Below, in pieces: positions 1 through 10,721 of a stretch of 64,000 nt of DNA. The stretch spans positions 64,001 to 128,000 of the forward strand of contig JBFIHX010000001.1 of assembly GCA_041601615.1 (NCBI GenBank). Direction: 5' to 3'. Both the position numbers and the translations under genes were made by a program. Below the pieces are notes generated by a model. It saw only the letters and a program-made list of their open reading frames with translations. It was not told the DNA's origin and did no database searches. Each line of letters opens with the position of its first letter. The stretch's first letter is position 1. Origin of the DNA: Thermoplasmatota archaeon. Lineage in GTDB: Archaea > Thermoplasmatota > E2 > JACPAO01 > JAHFTW01.

Positions 1-1854
1 CCGCGATTGGCGCTCCGCATTACGGGCTTGCCCGAGTCCTGTCGCATCATCCCTCGGGAGTTGCGCGCAGAGCATCTGAGCAAGTTTCTCGCCGTGGAAG
101 GCCTCGTCAAAAAGGTCACAGAAGTACGCCCCATGATGCTCGAAGCCGCCTTTGAGTGCAAGGCGTGCGGCAACCTCGTCCATGTGTTCCAAGACGAGGA
201 GCTGCTGCAGGAGCCGGTCCAGTGCGACAACTGCGAGCGGCAGACTTCTTGGCGCATCAAGGAGGACATGAGTCGGTTCGTGGACCACCAAAAAGTCGAG
301 ATCCAGGAGACGCCCGAGGGGTTGCGCGGCGGCGCCCAGCCGGAACGCCTGACCATCCACATGCGAGAAGACCTCGTCCACATGGTCTCCCCCGGCGACC
401 GCATCCGAATGAACGGAGTCCTTATCACCGAGGCTCGTCGCCAAGGCAACCAGAAAAAAGCAGAGTTCAACAAGGTGCTCGAAGCCGTCAGCGTGGAGCA
501 CCAAGAGAAGGCGTTCCAGGAAATCAAGCTCTCCGAAGAAGACGAGCAAATGATTCTGGAAATGAGCCGCGACCCAACCATTTACGACCGGTTCCGGCGC
601 AGCTTTGCGCCGACCATTTTCGGCCACGACATGGAGAAGGACGCCCTCATCATGACACTCTTTGGCGGAGTGGCCAAGCACTACAAGGACGGCAGCCGGA
701 ACCGCGGCGACATCCACGTTCTCATGGTCGGCGACCCCGGTGTAGCCAAGTCGCAACTCATCCGCTACCTCTCCAAACTTGCCCCCCGCGCCGTGTTCAC
801 CAGCGGCAAAAGTGCCAGTGCCGCCGGCCTCACCGCGGCCGCAGTCAAGGACGAGTTCGGCGAAGGCCAATGGACTCTGGAAGCCGGTGCTTTGGTCATG
901 GCCGACCAGGGCATTGCTTGTATCGACGAATTGGACAAAATGTCAACGCAGGACCAGAGCAGCATGCACCAGGCGATGGAGCAGCAAGAAATTAGCATCG
1001 CCAAGGCCGGCATTTCGGCCACCCTCAAGGCCCGTTGTGCCGTCGTGGGTGCCGCCAACCCCAAGCTTGGCCGTTTCGACGAATACGAGCCAATCCACGC
1101 GCAGATCAACATGCCCCCGGCCCTCCTGAGCCGCTTTGACCTCATCTTCAGCCTCCTCGACAAACCGACTCGAGACAAGGACACACGGCTCGCCGCACAC
1201 ATTCTGCGCACCCACCAAGCGGGAGAGGTTCGTGAGCATCGCATGGCGCACCCACTGGGCGTGTACACGGTCGAGGACGAGGACTCCTTGATGAAGAAGG
1301 CGGAGCCGGAAATTGAAGCGGATCTGTTTCGAAAATATGTGGCCTACTCCAAACGCCACATTTTCCCCGTGCTCTCGGACGAAGCCATAGCCCGCATCCA
1401 AGAGTACTACGTCGACTTGCGCAACAGCGGCGACGGCAGCCTACCGTTCACGGCTCGCCAACTCGAAGCGTTCGTTCGTTTGGCCGAGGCGTCTGCCCGC
1501 ATCCGATTGTCCCAAGAAGCGACCATTGAGGACGCCGAGCGTGGCATCCGCATCGTAGAATACTACCTTCAGAGCGTCGGCGTGGACCGCGAGACGGGCA
1601 AATTCGACATCGACGTGATTGCCACCGGAGTCAGCCACAGCCAGCACGACCGTGTGCGCATGATGCAAGAGATCATCCGCAACTTGGCCAATGCATCCGA
1701 GAAGGGCTTTGCTCGCGAAGAGGACATCATGGAGGAGGCGGAACGGCAAAGCATCCCTGCCGCAGAGGCCCGCAAATCCCTGGAAACACTGCGCCGAAAC
1801 AACTCCGTGTATGCAAAGGGCGGCAGTGGCACCTACGCACCCCTGAACCCATAG
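1..1854 (+). CDS. mcm: Replicative MCM helicase (5'-partial; frame open at window start)
   Basis: Zn finger CKAC...CDNC, Walker A GDPGVAKS, Walker B IDELDKM, arginine finger LLSRFD, sensor TARQLE, C-terminal winged helix. Confidence 0.97.
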   Translation, partial: PRLALRITGLPESCRIIPRELRAEHLSKFLAVEGLVKKVTEVRPMMLEAAFECKACGNLVHVFQDEELLQEPVQCDNCERQTSWRIKEDMSRFVDHQKVEIQETPEGLRGGAQPERLTIHMREDLVHMVSPGDRIRMNGVLITEARRQGNQKKAEFNKVLEAVSVEHQEKAFQEIKLSEEDEQMILEMSRDPTIYDRFRRSFAPTIFGHDMEKDALIMTLFGGVAKHYKDGSRNRGDIHVLMVGDPGVAKSQLIRYLSKLAPRAVFTSGKSASAAGLTAAAVKDEFGEGQWTLEAGALVMADQGIACIDELDKMSTQDQSSMHQAMEQQEISIAKAGISATLKARCAVVGAANPKLGRFDEYEPIHAQINMPPALLSRFDLIFSLLDKPTRDKDTRLAAHILRTHQAGEVREHRMAHPLGVYTVEDEDSLMKKAEPEIEADLFRKYVAYSKRHIFPVLSDEAIARIQEYYVDLRNSGDGSLPFTARQLEAFVRLAEASARIRLSQEATIEDAERGIRIVEYYLQSVGVDRETGKFDIDVIATGVSHSQHDRVRMMQEIIRNLANASEKGFAREEDIMEEAERQSIPAAEARKSLETLRRNNSVYAKGGSGTYAPLNP

Positions 1855-1887
1855 TTCCATCTAGACGACCGAAGTCGCGCGCCCAAC

Positions 1888-2184
1888 ATGTTCTCGGTTC
1901 ACAACTACCAGCAGGGCGTGCAGCGACTTCTTGCCGCGTGCGACGCTGAACTGTTGGGAACGAGCTACAGGGAAGGCGAGCGCCGCCTGGATGTGTCCGA
2001 GCAGTTCTACGGCGGCAGCGATGCTGACGAAGAGCAGTTGCGGGGTTTCCTGGGGCAGTGTACCATGGCGAACCTCGTCGGAGACAAGGTCATCAACGTG
2101 GCCGTGGGCTTGGGACTTATTGACCCTGCCAACATTCAGACTGTCCAAGGGGTCCCGCATGCCCAATACATGCTGTTGATGTGA
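1888..2184 (+). CDS. DUF424 family protein
   Basis: LLAACDAELLG...VSEQFYGG...ANLVG...G.PHAQ pattern; sits between MCM and NMD3. Confidence 0.85.
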   Translation: MFSVHNYQQGVQRLLAACDAELLGTSYREGERRLDVSEQFYGGSDADEEQLRGFLGQCTMANLVGDKVINVAVGLGLIDPANIQTVQGVPHAQYMLLM

Positions 2185-3242
2185 ACATGCTCTGCGTCGA
2201 ATGTGGAACAGAAGTGGAACGCCTCATCGGCGGGTCCTGCCCGGAGTGCTTTGTACGAATTACGCCCCTGATGACTCTACCACTTGTCGTGAAGATCGAG
2301 TTGTGCGCGCACTGTGGCTCGCGCAAACAAGGCGCCCATTGGTACGATCCTGGAGAATCGCCGGAGGATTGGGTACGCGAAGAGACGGTGCGTGGCTCCG
2401 CGCTCGTGCATGAACGCGTGGACAATCCCGTGGTGTACACGGAGGGCCGTCAATTGGACGAACGTACATTCCAGTACGAAGTCGAAATGAGGGGTTCCGT
2501 GGAGGGCGTGCCACTCTCCGAGAAAGGAACCGTTCGATTGCGTCGCGTCAAGAGCGTCTGTGAGCGCTGCAGCCGCATGGCGGGCGGATTCTTTGCGGCC
2601 ACCATCCAGTTTCGCGCCACCGACCGCGACGTACGCCCGGACGAACTGGAGCGGGCACACAAAATCGTTGCCAAGGACCTAGAGCGGCAATTGGACAGCG
2701 GCAACCGAGCGGCGTTCCTGAGCAAGGACAATCCGATGCACGGCGGCCATGACTATTTCATCGGCGACATCGACGCAGCGCGCAATGTCAGCCGCATCCT
2801 CAAAGATCGATTCGGTGCCACCGTGAACGAAGCGGCCAAACTGGTGGGTCGCAAGGAAGGCGAAGATGTGTATCGCGTGACGTTCCTGGTGCGGATTCAT
2901 CTGTATTCGGCGGGCGACATTGCGGAGTATGACCACAAGCCCTACGCAATCATGGCCGTCAACAAAGGCGGCAAGCTCTCGGTAATGGACTTGGAGGACC
3001 ACCGCCGCGACCGCCTGCACGAAGACCGCATCAAGCGCCTTGGGGGGCCAGAGTTGCTTCTTCAGGCCGTGAAGGTGTCCGTGGACGACTCCGGCGTGCA
3101 AGTGCTCGATCCCGCCTCCTTCCGCACCGAGACGGTCCTTGTCCCTCCTGGAGAGGACATTGGCGAGACGATTCCGGTGCTCCGTTACGAAGATCGGCTC
3201 TACTGGGCCCCGGATCCGACCCGCGCGACAAACAATTCTTAA
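2181..3242 (+). CDS. nmd3: NMD3 family ribosome biogenesis protein
   Basis: Four CxxC pairs (CVEC, CPEC, CAHC, CERC), GFFAATIQFR and YRVTFLVR motifs, C-terminal OB-like region; GTGA overlap with upstream stop. Confidence 0.9.
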   Translation: MNMLCVECGTEVERLIGGSCPECFVRITPLMTLPLVVKIELCAHCGSRKQGAHWYDPGESPEDWVREETVRGSALVHERVDNPVVYTEGRQLDERTFQYEVEMRGSVEGVPLSEKGTVRLRRVKSVCERCSRMAGGFFAATIQFRATDRDVRPDELERAHKIVAKDLERQLDSGNRAAFLSKDNPMHGGHDYFIGDIDAARNVSRILKDRFGATVNEAAKLVGRKEGEDVYRVTFLVRIHLYSAGDIAEYDHKPYAIMAVNKGGKLSVMDLEDHRRDRLHEDRIKRLGGPELLLQAVKVSVDDSGVQVLDPASFRTETVLVPPGEDIGETIPVLRYEDRLYWAPDPTRATNNS

Positions 3243-3305
3243 ATAGTGCGGGAGTCAGAGGATGGGGCGCTACCTCGGCGTATACGGCGCCGGTTGGAGG
3301 GACAA

Positions 3306-3695
3306 ATGACTCTACGTATCCTAACTCTAGAAGACTTGGCGATGGCCATTAGCAATCGTATCGGCATCCCTGAGGAGGATGCAGTCCGAGATGCGAACTT
3401 TGTCATGGACATCTTCGGTTTCGATGACCGTGTCATCGATAATGTCCTTGAACCTGAAGACCGCCAGCTCTTCTACATTCTCGAAGAAGAAGGTATGCTG
3501 ACGACGGAGCGCGAGGAGACGACGCTCTACGACGGACGCGAATGGCGCACGCACTATTGGTTGTTCAAGAAGAACCAAGTGTTTGTCATGTCTGAAGAGG
3601 AGCGCGAGATTCGCCGCCGCCGCAAGGCACGCCCCCAGGAATCGGACGTGTACAACCAGCTGCCCGACGATATGTGGGCTTCGCGTCAGATTTGA
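3306..3695 (+). CDS. DUF6015-like conserved Thermoplasmata protein (probable winged helix)
   Basis: FGFDDRVIDNVLEPEDRQLFYILEEEG...EETTLYDGREWRTHYW signature; GGAGGG upstream of ATG 3306. Confidence 0.8.
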   Translation: MTLRILTLEDLAMAISNRIGIPEEDAVRDANFVMDIFGFDDRVIDNVLEPEDRQLFYILEEEGMLTTEREETTLYDGREWRTHYWLFKKNQVFVMSEEEREIRRRRKARPQESDVYNQLPDDMWASRQI

Positions 3696-3871
3696 GCGTA
3701 GCGAAAATCTGCTCGAAGCTGGACTGCGGTGTACTCGTACACCGAACGAGGGCTTCGCGTCAGCACCAAGGTCGCAAGGAGTCCGCACGCCCAGGCCGTT
3801 CTATGATTTGCCCGGTCGTTGCGTGATGCTCCGGGGCAACCCGCGGGAATGATTCCCTTGGGGGGCTCCAG

Positions 3872-3903
3872 TCTTTCTCCTCCCTTTCCCTTCCAATTTT
3901 CTT
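3872..3903 (+). terminator. Pyrimidine-rich tract, probable archaeal terminator
   Basis: tctttctcctccctttcccttccaattttctt after the structured 3' region of the DUF6015 gene. Confidence 0.45.
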
Positions 3904-4305
3904 GTACGTCTCATGCCTCAAGGCCCTCCGGGTAGTGCCTGACGGTTTGTTGCGGTGCCCTTGGCACATGGTCGATCCCGGATTTGGGCTCCTCTGGATT
4001 TTGGGCTTCGTGCTCACGGGGCCAATCGGGTCTGGACTCTTTGCTTAAATGGCCACTGGACCCAATAGTGGAATGCCCGGGAGCAAAACCATGGGAACCT
4101 CGATCCAATGCAGCGGCGGGTGCGCCTCCAGACGCGGTGGGCGCATGCCAGCAGGGCGGGTGCAGGGTGCCATGGAAGGTAGTTGGCACCTTGGAAATCG
4201 TGGATTTCGGGAAAGCGGTCATGGTTTCTTGGCCTCGATCGTTCATTTGCCAGACCTCCTGGGTCCGAGGGGTTTGAAAAACGCAGTTTGTCGAGGAGAG
4301 TTTGC

Positions 4306-5481
4306 GTGCATCGCTTGACGGGGGCACTGGTCGCCTGTGCCCTAATGATGGGTCTTTCCGGGGTAGATTCTGTGGGTGCGGCAAGGCCGAACCTGGAATT
4401 GACACCCACTACCTTGCCCGTGGATGCGGTCCCGGGCAGCTCCGGAAGTGTTTCTTTGACCCTCAAGAACGTCGGTACGCTGAGTGCAAACGGCATGACA
4501 GTCAGAGTGATCCAGGTGCAGGGGGTCATGGTCAATGACACGGCCCGTGTGCAACTTGGGTCCTTGGGCGTCGGGGACCAGAGCACAGTCACGCCGTTTA
4601 CGTTCTGGACGCCCGAAGACACCCGGCCCGGAGTATACCTAGGGACCTTTGCCCTGGATTATTACTACGAAGAACAGGGCACGACGAAGATCGGCAGCAT
4701 CACCTTCAGTGTCCCCTTCACGGTTCGGGTGCCACGCGCGTTGCATGTGGGACCCTTGGATCCATCTGAATTGGAGCCGGGCGCAGCCAAGGACCTGCAA
4801 TTGTCGCTCAGGAACACCGGCAAAACCGCCATCACCAATCTCCAAGGCTTCTGGAGCAATCCGGAGGGCGTGCTCTTGCCGCTTGGCCAGGGCACAGAGG
4901 TCTTCATTGCGCAATTGGCCGCCGGCACCACGGTCAATGCCCCGGTCGAGATTGCCGTCCCCCCGGACGCCAAGGCAGGACTTTATTCGATCACATTCAC
5001 ATTCACGTACCGAGATGTTGGTGGAGCCCAGTCATCATCCACGTCCCACTTTGCCGTGCAGGTACGAACACCTTCCGAATTGCGGGTCGCATTGGATGAA
5101 TGGGAGCTGGATGAAGTCACACTGTCCGTGAGCAACGTGGGCCTAGGCCCTGCGTCCGCCGTGGAGATCCGCATCCAGGATGGGCCTGTCGACGTGCGTC
5201 CGGCGGCGGCAGTTTTTCTTGGAAATCTTGCCCCCGGCGACCACACCACGGCGACCTTCAGCCCCGCCTCCATCAACGGCAAGGACGTTCCCCTGCACGC
5301 CATCGTATCTTACACGGACCCCGATGGCGTGCGTCATGAGACGACCCACGAAATGGACCTTGGAAGCACACCGACCGATGAAACAGAAGGTGGCACCGTG
5401 ACCCTGGTACTCATTTTGGCACTCCTTGCTGCTGTGGGGCTGGGCGCCTACTTCTACATGAGGCGACGAAAACGGAAGTGA
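4306..5481 (+). CDS. COG1361-type S-layer/Ig-like domain secreted protein with C-terminal membrane anchor
   Basis: GAGGAG before GTG 4306, signal peptide, three Ig-like repeats (L.N.G...A/I motifs), C-terminal TM helix + RRRKRK; leads an ABC operon. Confidence 0.8.
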   Translation: MHRLTGALVACALMMGLSGVDSVGAARPNLELTPTTLPVDAVPGSSGSVSLTLKNVGTLSANGMTVRVIQVQGVMVNDTARVQLGSLGVGDQSTVTPFTFWTPEDTRPGVYLGTFALDYYYEEQGTTKIGSITFSVPFTVRVPRALHVGPLDPSELEPGAAKDLQLSLRNTGKTAITNLQGFWSNPEGVLLPLGQGTEVFIAQLAAGTTVNAPVEIAVPPDAKAGLYSITFTFTYRDVGGAQSSSTSHFAVQVRTPSELRVALDEWELDEVTLSVSNVGLGPASAVEIRIQDGPVDVRPAAAVFLGNLAPGDHTTATFSPASINGKDVPLHAIVSYTDPDGVRHETTHEMDLGSTPTDETEGGTVTLVLILALLAAVGLGAYFYMRRRKRK

Positions 5482-6224
5482 CCATGGCACTCATCGAAGT
5501 CCACGAACTCTGCAAGGGGTACGCGACGGGAGAACTTCGCACGGAGGTCCTACAAGGCATCGAATTGGAGGTCGCAGCCGGAGAATTCGTGACCTTGTAT
5601 GGCCCCAGCGGCAGCGGAAAGACCACGCTCTTGAACATCATGGCCGGAGTGGACGCCGCAGATTCTGGCTCCGTGCAAGTAGATGGACTGGAGGTCACCG
5701 CAGCAGATGAGCGCCAGCTTACGACCTACCGCAGAGACCGCGTGGGATATATCTTCCAATTCTACAACCTTATCCCCACGCTCACGGCGCACGAAAACGT
5801 CAGTCTCGCGCTGGAGCTGCGCGGCGACCGGGACGCCGGCCGCTCCCAGAAGGCATTGGATGAAGTGGGGCTTGGGGACAAGGGCCATCGATTCCCCGCC
5901 CAATTGTCCGGGGGCGAACAGCAGCGCGTGGCCATCGCCCGCGCCCTCGTCAAGGAACCACAACTCGTGGCAGGTGACGAACCCACAGGCAACCTTGATG
6001 CACACACAAGCGCCGACATCATTGAACTGTTGCACCGACTCAACCAAGAACGCGGGCTCACCATCGTTTTGGCGACACACGATCCCGAACTGGCCGGGCG
6101 CGGGGCGCGCGTCATGGAATTGCGCGACGGCCTTCTCCATGAACGACCCTATCTGTCCCCCGGCGCCTCCCCTAGCCCGACCCCCGGCGATCCAACTGGC
6201 GCTTCCCCCGTGGTGGCCCCATGA
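5478..6224 (+). CDS. ABC transporter ATP-binding protein (LolD/MacB-type)
   Basis: [32 protein letters not shown]-loop THD. Confidence 0.95.
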   Translation: MTMALIEVHELCKGYATGELRTEVLQGIELEVAAGEFVTLYGPSGSGKTTLLNIMAGVDAADSGSVQVDGLEVTAADERQLTTYRRDRVGYIFQFYNLIPTLTAHENVSLALELRGDRDAGRSQKALDEVGLGDKGHRFPAQLSGGEQQRVAIARALVKEPQLVAGDEPTGNLDAHTSADIIELLHRLNQERGLTIVLATHDPELAGRGARVMELRDGLLHERPYLSPGASPSPTPGDPTGASPVVAP

Positions 6225-8689
6225 CGAGACTGATGACCCGGAAATTGATCCGGGACTCCTGGAAGATGAAAGTCCGGATCTTTCTCCTAATCATTGTCGT
6301 GGCATCAGGAGCTGCATTGGCCACGACCCTTCAACAATCGTATCAGAACCTCCGCTCCAGCTACGACACCATGTACGAGGAGAACCGATTGGCGCATGTC
6401 TTCATCTCCCTCGATCAACCAAGGCCCATCCTGGACAATCCTGCTGCGCAATTTGGCGCCCGAGGCATCCAGGACATCGACTCCGCCATCGGTCGATTGA
6501 GCCTGGAGGCGACCATTGAAGTGGACGAGGAGACGAAAAAAGCCCTCCTTGTGGGTGTACCGAAGCACCAATGGGCATCCATCAACGACATATGCGTCCT
6601 AGCATCTGATTTTGCCACACAGGACTACGCGTGTAGTGCTGGTCAAAAAGCGCGTTCCCATGTCGCGCCGATCGGCACGGGCACAGGCGCGTTCTTGCAT
6701 GCGGGATTTGCCGAACTCCAAGACATCCGGCACGACGAAGCGATCTCGGTCACGGTCCAGAACAACGCATACGATCTTCGCGTCCACGGATTCGCGCTCA
6801 ATAGCGAATTTCTGCTTGCCACAGCAAACCCCGAACTCCTGATTCCCGAATTTGGCAGCCTCGCCGTCCTCTGGACCCCGCAAGAGACCCTCGAAGAAAT
6901 CGCTCGAGACCTAGGGTTTGGCGACCCCGATGATCCAAGCCGGGGCATCGCCAATGAGTACTTTCTGCGCATGACAAGCGGAGATGAAGCAGACAAGGCA
7001 GAGGACGCCGTGGCGCAACAGATTGCCAACCCTGGCGGATTCGCAGACCTCGGCATCCGCACGTTCATTGCACGAGAAGACACCGCAACGTACCAGCTTG
7101 CAGAAGGCGACGTGGAAGGATTCCAACAACTTACACCCATCATCACAGGCATCGTCCTCGTCATCTCCTTCGCCACGGTCAGCATCACAATGGAGCGGCT
7201 CGTAGCAAGCCAACGTCCCGCAATCGGCATCATGCGCGCACTGGGTGCATCCCAGGGAGCCATCATCCGACACTACCTCGCGTTCGCGCTTCTGGTGGGT
7301 GTCAGCGGCGCCATCCTTGGAATCATCATCGGCATACAGGGCGCCACCGCCATGAGTTCGTGGTATCGAAGCATCATCGGATTTCCCGTGCTCAGATTGG
7401 GATTCGACGTATCGGGCGCATTGCTTCTTGGCTCCATTTCGGCCGGAGCCGCAGTACTTGGAGGTGCCCGCGCCGCAGTCCACGCCGCAAACGTTCCAAT
7501 CGCATCGGCGATGCAAGAACAGGGCCACGGCCGCCCGGGCCGCTTCCTTCGCGCCTTGTCTGCCCGGTTTTCCCTCCATGGCCGATTGGCGCTTCGCAAT
7601 CTGACACGAAACCGAGGCCGGTCGTCGTTCACAGTCGCCGGCATTGCACTGAGCACCGTGTTGACGTTCAGCATGATCGGACTGTTCGACAGCATCGTCA
7701 CCATCGTAGACGAGCAATATGAGACCCGCGAGAACTGGGATGGCCAACTGAACGTGGCGCCCCCCCAGTCCAGTGCAGAGCTGCAAAAAAGCTTGCAAGG
7801 CGTCGGTTGGATCCAAGAAGTTGAACCGTTCTTGGCGTTGGCTGGAAGAATCGAAGAAATGGACGAGCCGGTCCGCCTCGTCGGTTTGGAACGAGACTCC
7901 ATGCATGCTTTCAAGGCCGTCTCCGGGCTGGACGATTTTGGCCGCGGCGCCTCCCTGCTGGCCTCCCAGATCATCGTGGGCCTGTACGAACATGACACCG
8001 GGAAATCGCTGCGCGTCGGAGACGAAGTGGACCTCATCGTGGACGGCGCCAAGCACAGAGTGCGACTTGACGGAATCGTCGAAGAGCCACTCGGATTCAC
8101 CATGTATCTACCCCTGGAGACCATCCAGGGCTATCTTCGCGCACCCTTGGCTACGGGCGCATATCTAAGCATCACCAGTGGTCGCACCGCTGAACCCGAC
8201 GATCTGGCGCAAGTGCCCGGGTTCGTGTCCTTTGCCGAGCACGACCGGATCGCCTCCATCATGGACGAAAGCTTCGAGGATTTCGTGCAGTTTGCCGCTA
8301 TTTTTGCCCTCGTGGGCGCCTTGCTCAGTGTGGTCGTCGTGCTCAATACGAGTGCCGTGAACCTACAGGAACGCACCATGGAGCATGGAACCCTCAAGGC
8401 CCTTGGACTCCAAGATCGAAGTCTCATCGCCGTACTTGCGATCGAAAACGGCGTTCTGGGCGTGCTTGCCGCCGCCCTTGGTGCCCTTCTTGGTGCCGGA
8501 GCCACGATCTTGCTTTTGTGGTCGTTCACCGAGGAGCTCAACATGACGTTGCCCTACAACATGCCGGCTGCCCATGTCTTGGCCGTCATGGCGGTCGTCG
8601 TGGCACTGACGCAGGTCACGACCTTGCTCTCGGCACGCCATCTCAAACGGCTCGATCTTGCAAGCATCGTGCAACGCCGCGGCGTCTGA
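6221..8689 (+). CDS. FtsX/MacB-type ABC permease (duplicated halves)
   Basis: Two FtsX-like segments (QRPAIGIMRALG, ERTMEHGTLKALG), each with a large extracellular domain; ATGA overlap with the ATPase. Confidence 0.9.
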   Translation: MTRLMTRKLIRDSWKMKVRIFLLIIVVASGAALATTLQQSYQNLRSSYDTMYEENRLAHVFISLDQPRPILDNPAAQFGARGIQDIDSAIGRLSLEATIEVDEETKKALLVGVPKHQWASINDICVLASDFATQDYACSAGQKARSHVAPIGTGTGAFLHAGFAELQDIRHDEAISVTVQNNAYDLRVHGFALNSEFLLATANPELLIPEFGSLAVLWTPQETLEEIARDLGFGDPDDPSRGIANEYFLRMTSGDEADKAEDAVAQQIANPGGFADLGIRTFIAREDTATYQLAEGDVEGFQQLTPIITGIVLVISFATVSITMERLVASQRPAIGIMRALGASQGAIIRHYLAFALLVGVSGAILGIIIGIQGATAMSSWYRSIIGFPVLRLGFDVSGALLLGSISAGAAVLGGARAAVHAANVPIASAMQEQGHGRPGRFLRALSARFSLHGRLALRNLTRNRGRSSFTVAGIALSTVLTFSMIGLFDSIVTIVDEQYETRENWDGQLNVAPPQSSAELQKSLQGVGWIQEVEPFLALAGRIEEMDEPVRLVGLERDSMHAFKAVSGLDDFGRGASLLASQIIVGLYEHDTGKSLRVGDEVDLIVDGAKHRVRLDGIVEEPLGFTMYLPLETIQGYLRAPLATGAYLSITSGRTAEPDDLAQVPGFVSFAEHDRIASIMDESFEDFVQFAAIFALVGALLSVVVVLNTSAVNLQERTMEHGTLKALGLQDRSLIAVLAIENGVLGVLAAALGALLGAGATILLLWSFTEELNMTLPYNMPAAHVLAVMAVVVALTQVTTLLSARHLKRLDLASIVQRRGV

Positions 8690-8744
8690 GTCCATTCACC
8701 CACCCCTCCCCCTGGCTTTTGACCCACAACGATCCTGCCTCATC

Positions 8745-10721
8745 GTGGCAAAACTCCCCTACGAGCCCAGACCTGGCCAGGAGCGGCTCGTGGACGCCAT
8801 CGAGCAAGTGCAGGCGCACCACGGCCACCTCGTCGTAGAGGCCGCAACAGGACTTGGAAAAACGGTCTGCGCGCTTTCTGCCACGCACACGTCGTCGTCA
8901 CTCGATGGTCGCAAACTCGTCTATCTGACGCGCACCAACAGCCAACAGGCTCAGGTTGTCAAAGAACACGCAACCTTGAGGCGAGCCGGCGCAGACCCCG
9001 GTTTGTTGATTCCCTTCATGGGTCGCAAGCACAGTTGCCCGCTGCTTCGAGACGATGTGCGGTTCCGAGACGGCACTCCGGAAGAACTGGGGCGTCTCTG
9101 CTCCGACGCCAAGAAAAAGGCACTCTCTGAACAAACCACGGGCAAGTCCGTGAAAGGTGCCTGCCCGTACTATCGAAAGCTGCTGGAGGACGGCGCTGGC
9201 CCCATCGAAGCTCTGCTTGAGAGCCACACGGGAGATGGCTCATCGTTGGCCGAAAGCGTTGCAAAAGCTGGCTCATGCGCGTACGAAGGACTCAAGCTCC
9301 TCATGCCCACCGCAAACGCGGTCGTGGTCCCTTATGTCTTCATGATCGACGACCATTTGCGCGCCACACTGCTAGGATGGATGGGCGTCTCTCCCGACAT
9401 GGTCCACTTGGTTGTCGACGAGGCGCACAACCTTCCCGAGGCGGCCCGCGCCCACCACAGCCCCCGCCTCACCCTCCACACCCTGGAACGAGCACTCAAG
9501 GAAGCCGAGGATGTCCAGGATCCACTTCTTGCCGGACGAGTTCTGTCCACGTCCTTTCTGACTCTCCTGCATCGGACCGTACGCGACCTTGTGGATGAGC
9601 ACGCAGGGGACCGAGACGACGGTTGGATGCCGGCAGATGCATTGGACGAAGCTCTGATGCTCGGAACTGCATCTCCCGGCCCCGTCCTTGACAAGATAGC
9701 CGATGACCTGGAAGATTGGGGCAATGCGATTCGCCAACGCAAACGCGACCAGGGCCGTCTCCCTCGATCGTACCTTGGCTCCGTGGGCGCCTTCCTTCGC
9801 TTTTGGCGCTCCTGCCGTGACCTCCCATACGTCCATCTTGCCGTTCGCGAACCGCGACCCTCTGTGGAGGCCTACTTGCTGGAACCAAGCAGCCGCATGT
9901 CATGGGTCCGCGAAATGGCAAGCTCCACCCACCTATCCGGCACCCTGGAGCCCCTGGACATGCACCAGCGACTCTGCGGCCTCCCAAAAGACACGGCCTC
10001 GCTGTCGCTACCAAGCCCGTTTCCTCCCGAGAATCTGCGCCTGTTCGGGGTTCTTGGCTTGCATCGGCGCCACAGCGCCCTCATAGAGGACCCCGGCATC
10101 ATTGCGCGCCAGCAAGCGGCCTGTCGAAGCCTCATTTCGCGCTGGACGGGCCGTATGGCGCTGTGGTTTCCCAGCCACAAAGTCCTGGCAGACTACCTCG
10201 AGGAGGGGCTCTTGCATGGATTGGATTGCGAAGTGTACGCAGAAGCACCCGATATGGCAACCCCCACGTTGCAAGACTTGGTGCGCCGCTTCGGTGCCTC
10301 AACGGCCCCCCGCTCCGTGCTGTGCGGTGTGCTGGGAGGTCGCCTCACCGAAGGCATCGACTACCCTGGCGATCTACTGGAACATGCAGTCATCCTAGGC
10401 GTCCCCTACCCCAGACCCAGTGCGCGGCTCCAGGCACTTATTGACCACCATGAACGAAGGGATGGCATGGGCTGGAAATTGGCGGTTCATGAACCGGTGG
10501 GGCGCGTGCTTCGCCAAGCCATTGGGCGCCTCATCCGGGGCCCCGAGGATCAAGGCACCGTGGTGGTGCTTGATGAGCGCGTTGCACGGTTTCGAGGACG
10601 GCTGGAACGCCTTCGCCTCGTGGACGACGTGCAGGAGGCAAGCGACGAAACCTACCACCTTACCCAGGGGTTCCAGGCGGCAAACACGCTACGCTCCTCT
10701 TCAAGCGGAAATTATATCTAG
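8745..10721 (+). CDS. xpd: XPD/Rad3/DinG-family Fe-S DNA helicase
   Basis: Q motif RPGQ, EAATGLGKT, four Fe-S cysteines, VVDEAHN, SGTL, EGIDY, QAIGRLIR. Confidence 0.92.
   Translation: MAKLPYEPRPGQERLVDAIEQVQAHHGHLVVEAATGLGKTVCALSATHTSSSLDGRKLVYLTRTNSQQAQVVKEHATLRRAGADPGLLIPFMGRKHSCPLLRDDVRFRDGTPEELGRLCSDAKKKALSEQTTGKSVKGACPYYRKLLEDGAGPIEALLESHTGDGSSLAESVAKAGSCAYEGLKLLMPTANAVVVPYVFMIDDHLRATLLGWMGVSPDMVHLVVDEAHNLPEAARAHHSPRLTLHTLERALKEAEDVQDPLLAGRVLSTSFLTLLHRTVRDLVDEHAGDRDDGWMPADALDEALMLGTASPGPVLDKIADDLEDWGNAIRQRKRDQGRLPRSYLGSVGAFLRFWRSCRDLPYVHLAVREPRPSVEAYLLEPSSRMSWVREMASSTHLSGTLEPLDMHQRLCGLPKDTASLSLPSPFPPENLRLFGVLGLHRRHSALIEDPGIIARQQAACRSLISRWTGRMALWFPSHKVLADYLEEGLLHGLDCEVYAEAPDMATPTLQDLVRRFGASTAPRSVLCGVLGGRLTEGIDYPGDLLEHAVILGVPYPRPSARLQALIDHHERRDGMGWKLAVHEPVGRVLRQAIGRLIRGPEDQGTVVVLDERVARFRGRLERLRLVDDVQEASDETYHLTQGFQAANTLRSSSSGNYI

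Noticed and set aside
1-1854. Intein in MCM or in PolB2
   Set aside because: Motif spacing is normal and no intein-size insertion or His-Asn splice junction is seen
3911-4405. Minus-strand 164-aa ORF between the DUF6015 gene and the ABC operon
   Set aside because: Low-complexity Pro/Ser/His-rich translation, overlaps the real gene start at 4306, no recognisable motif
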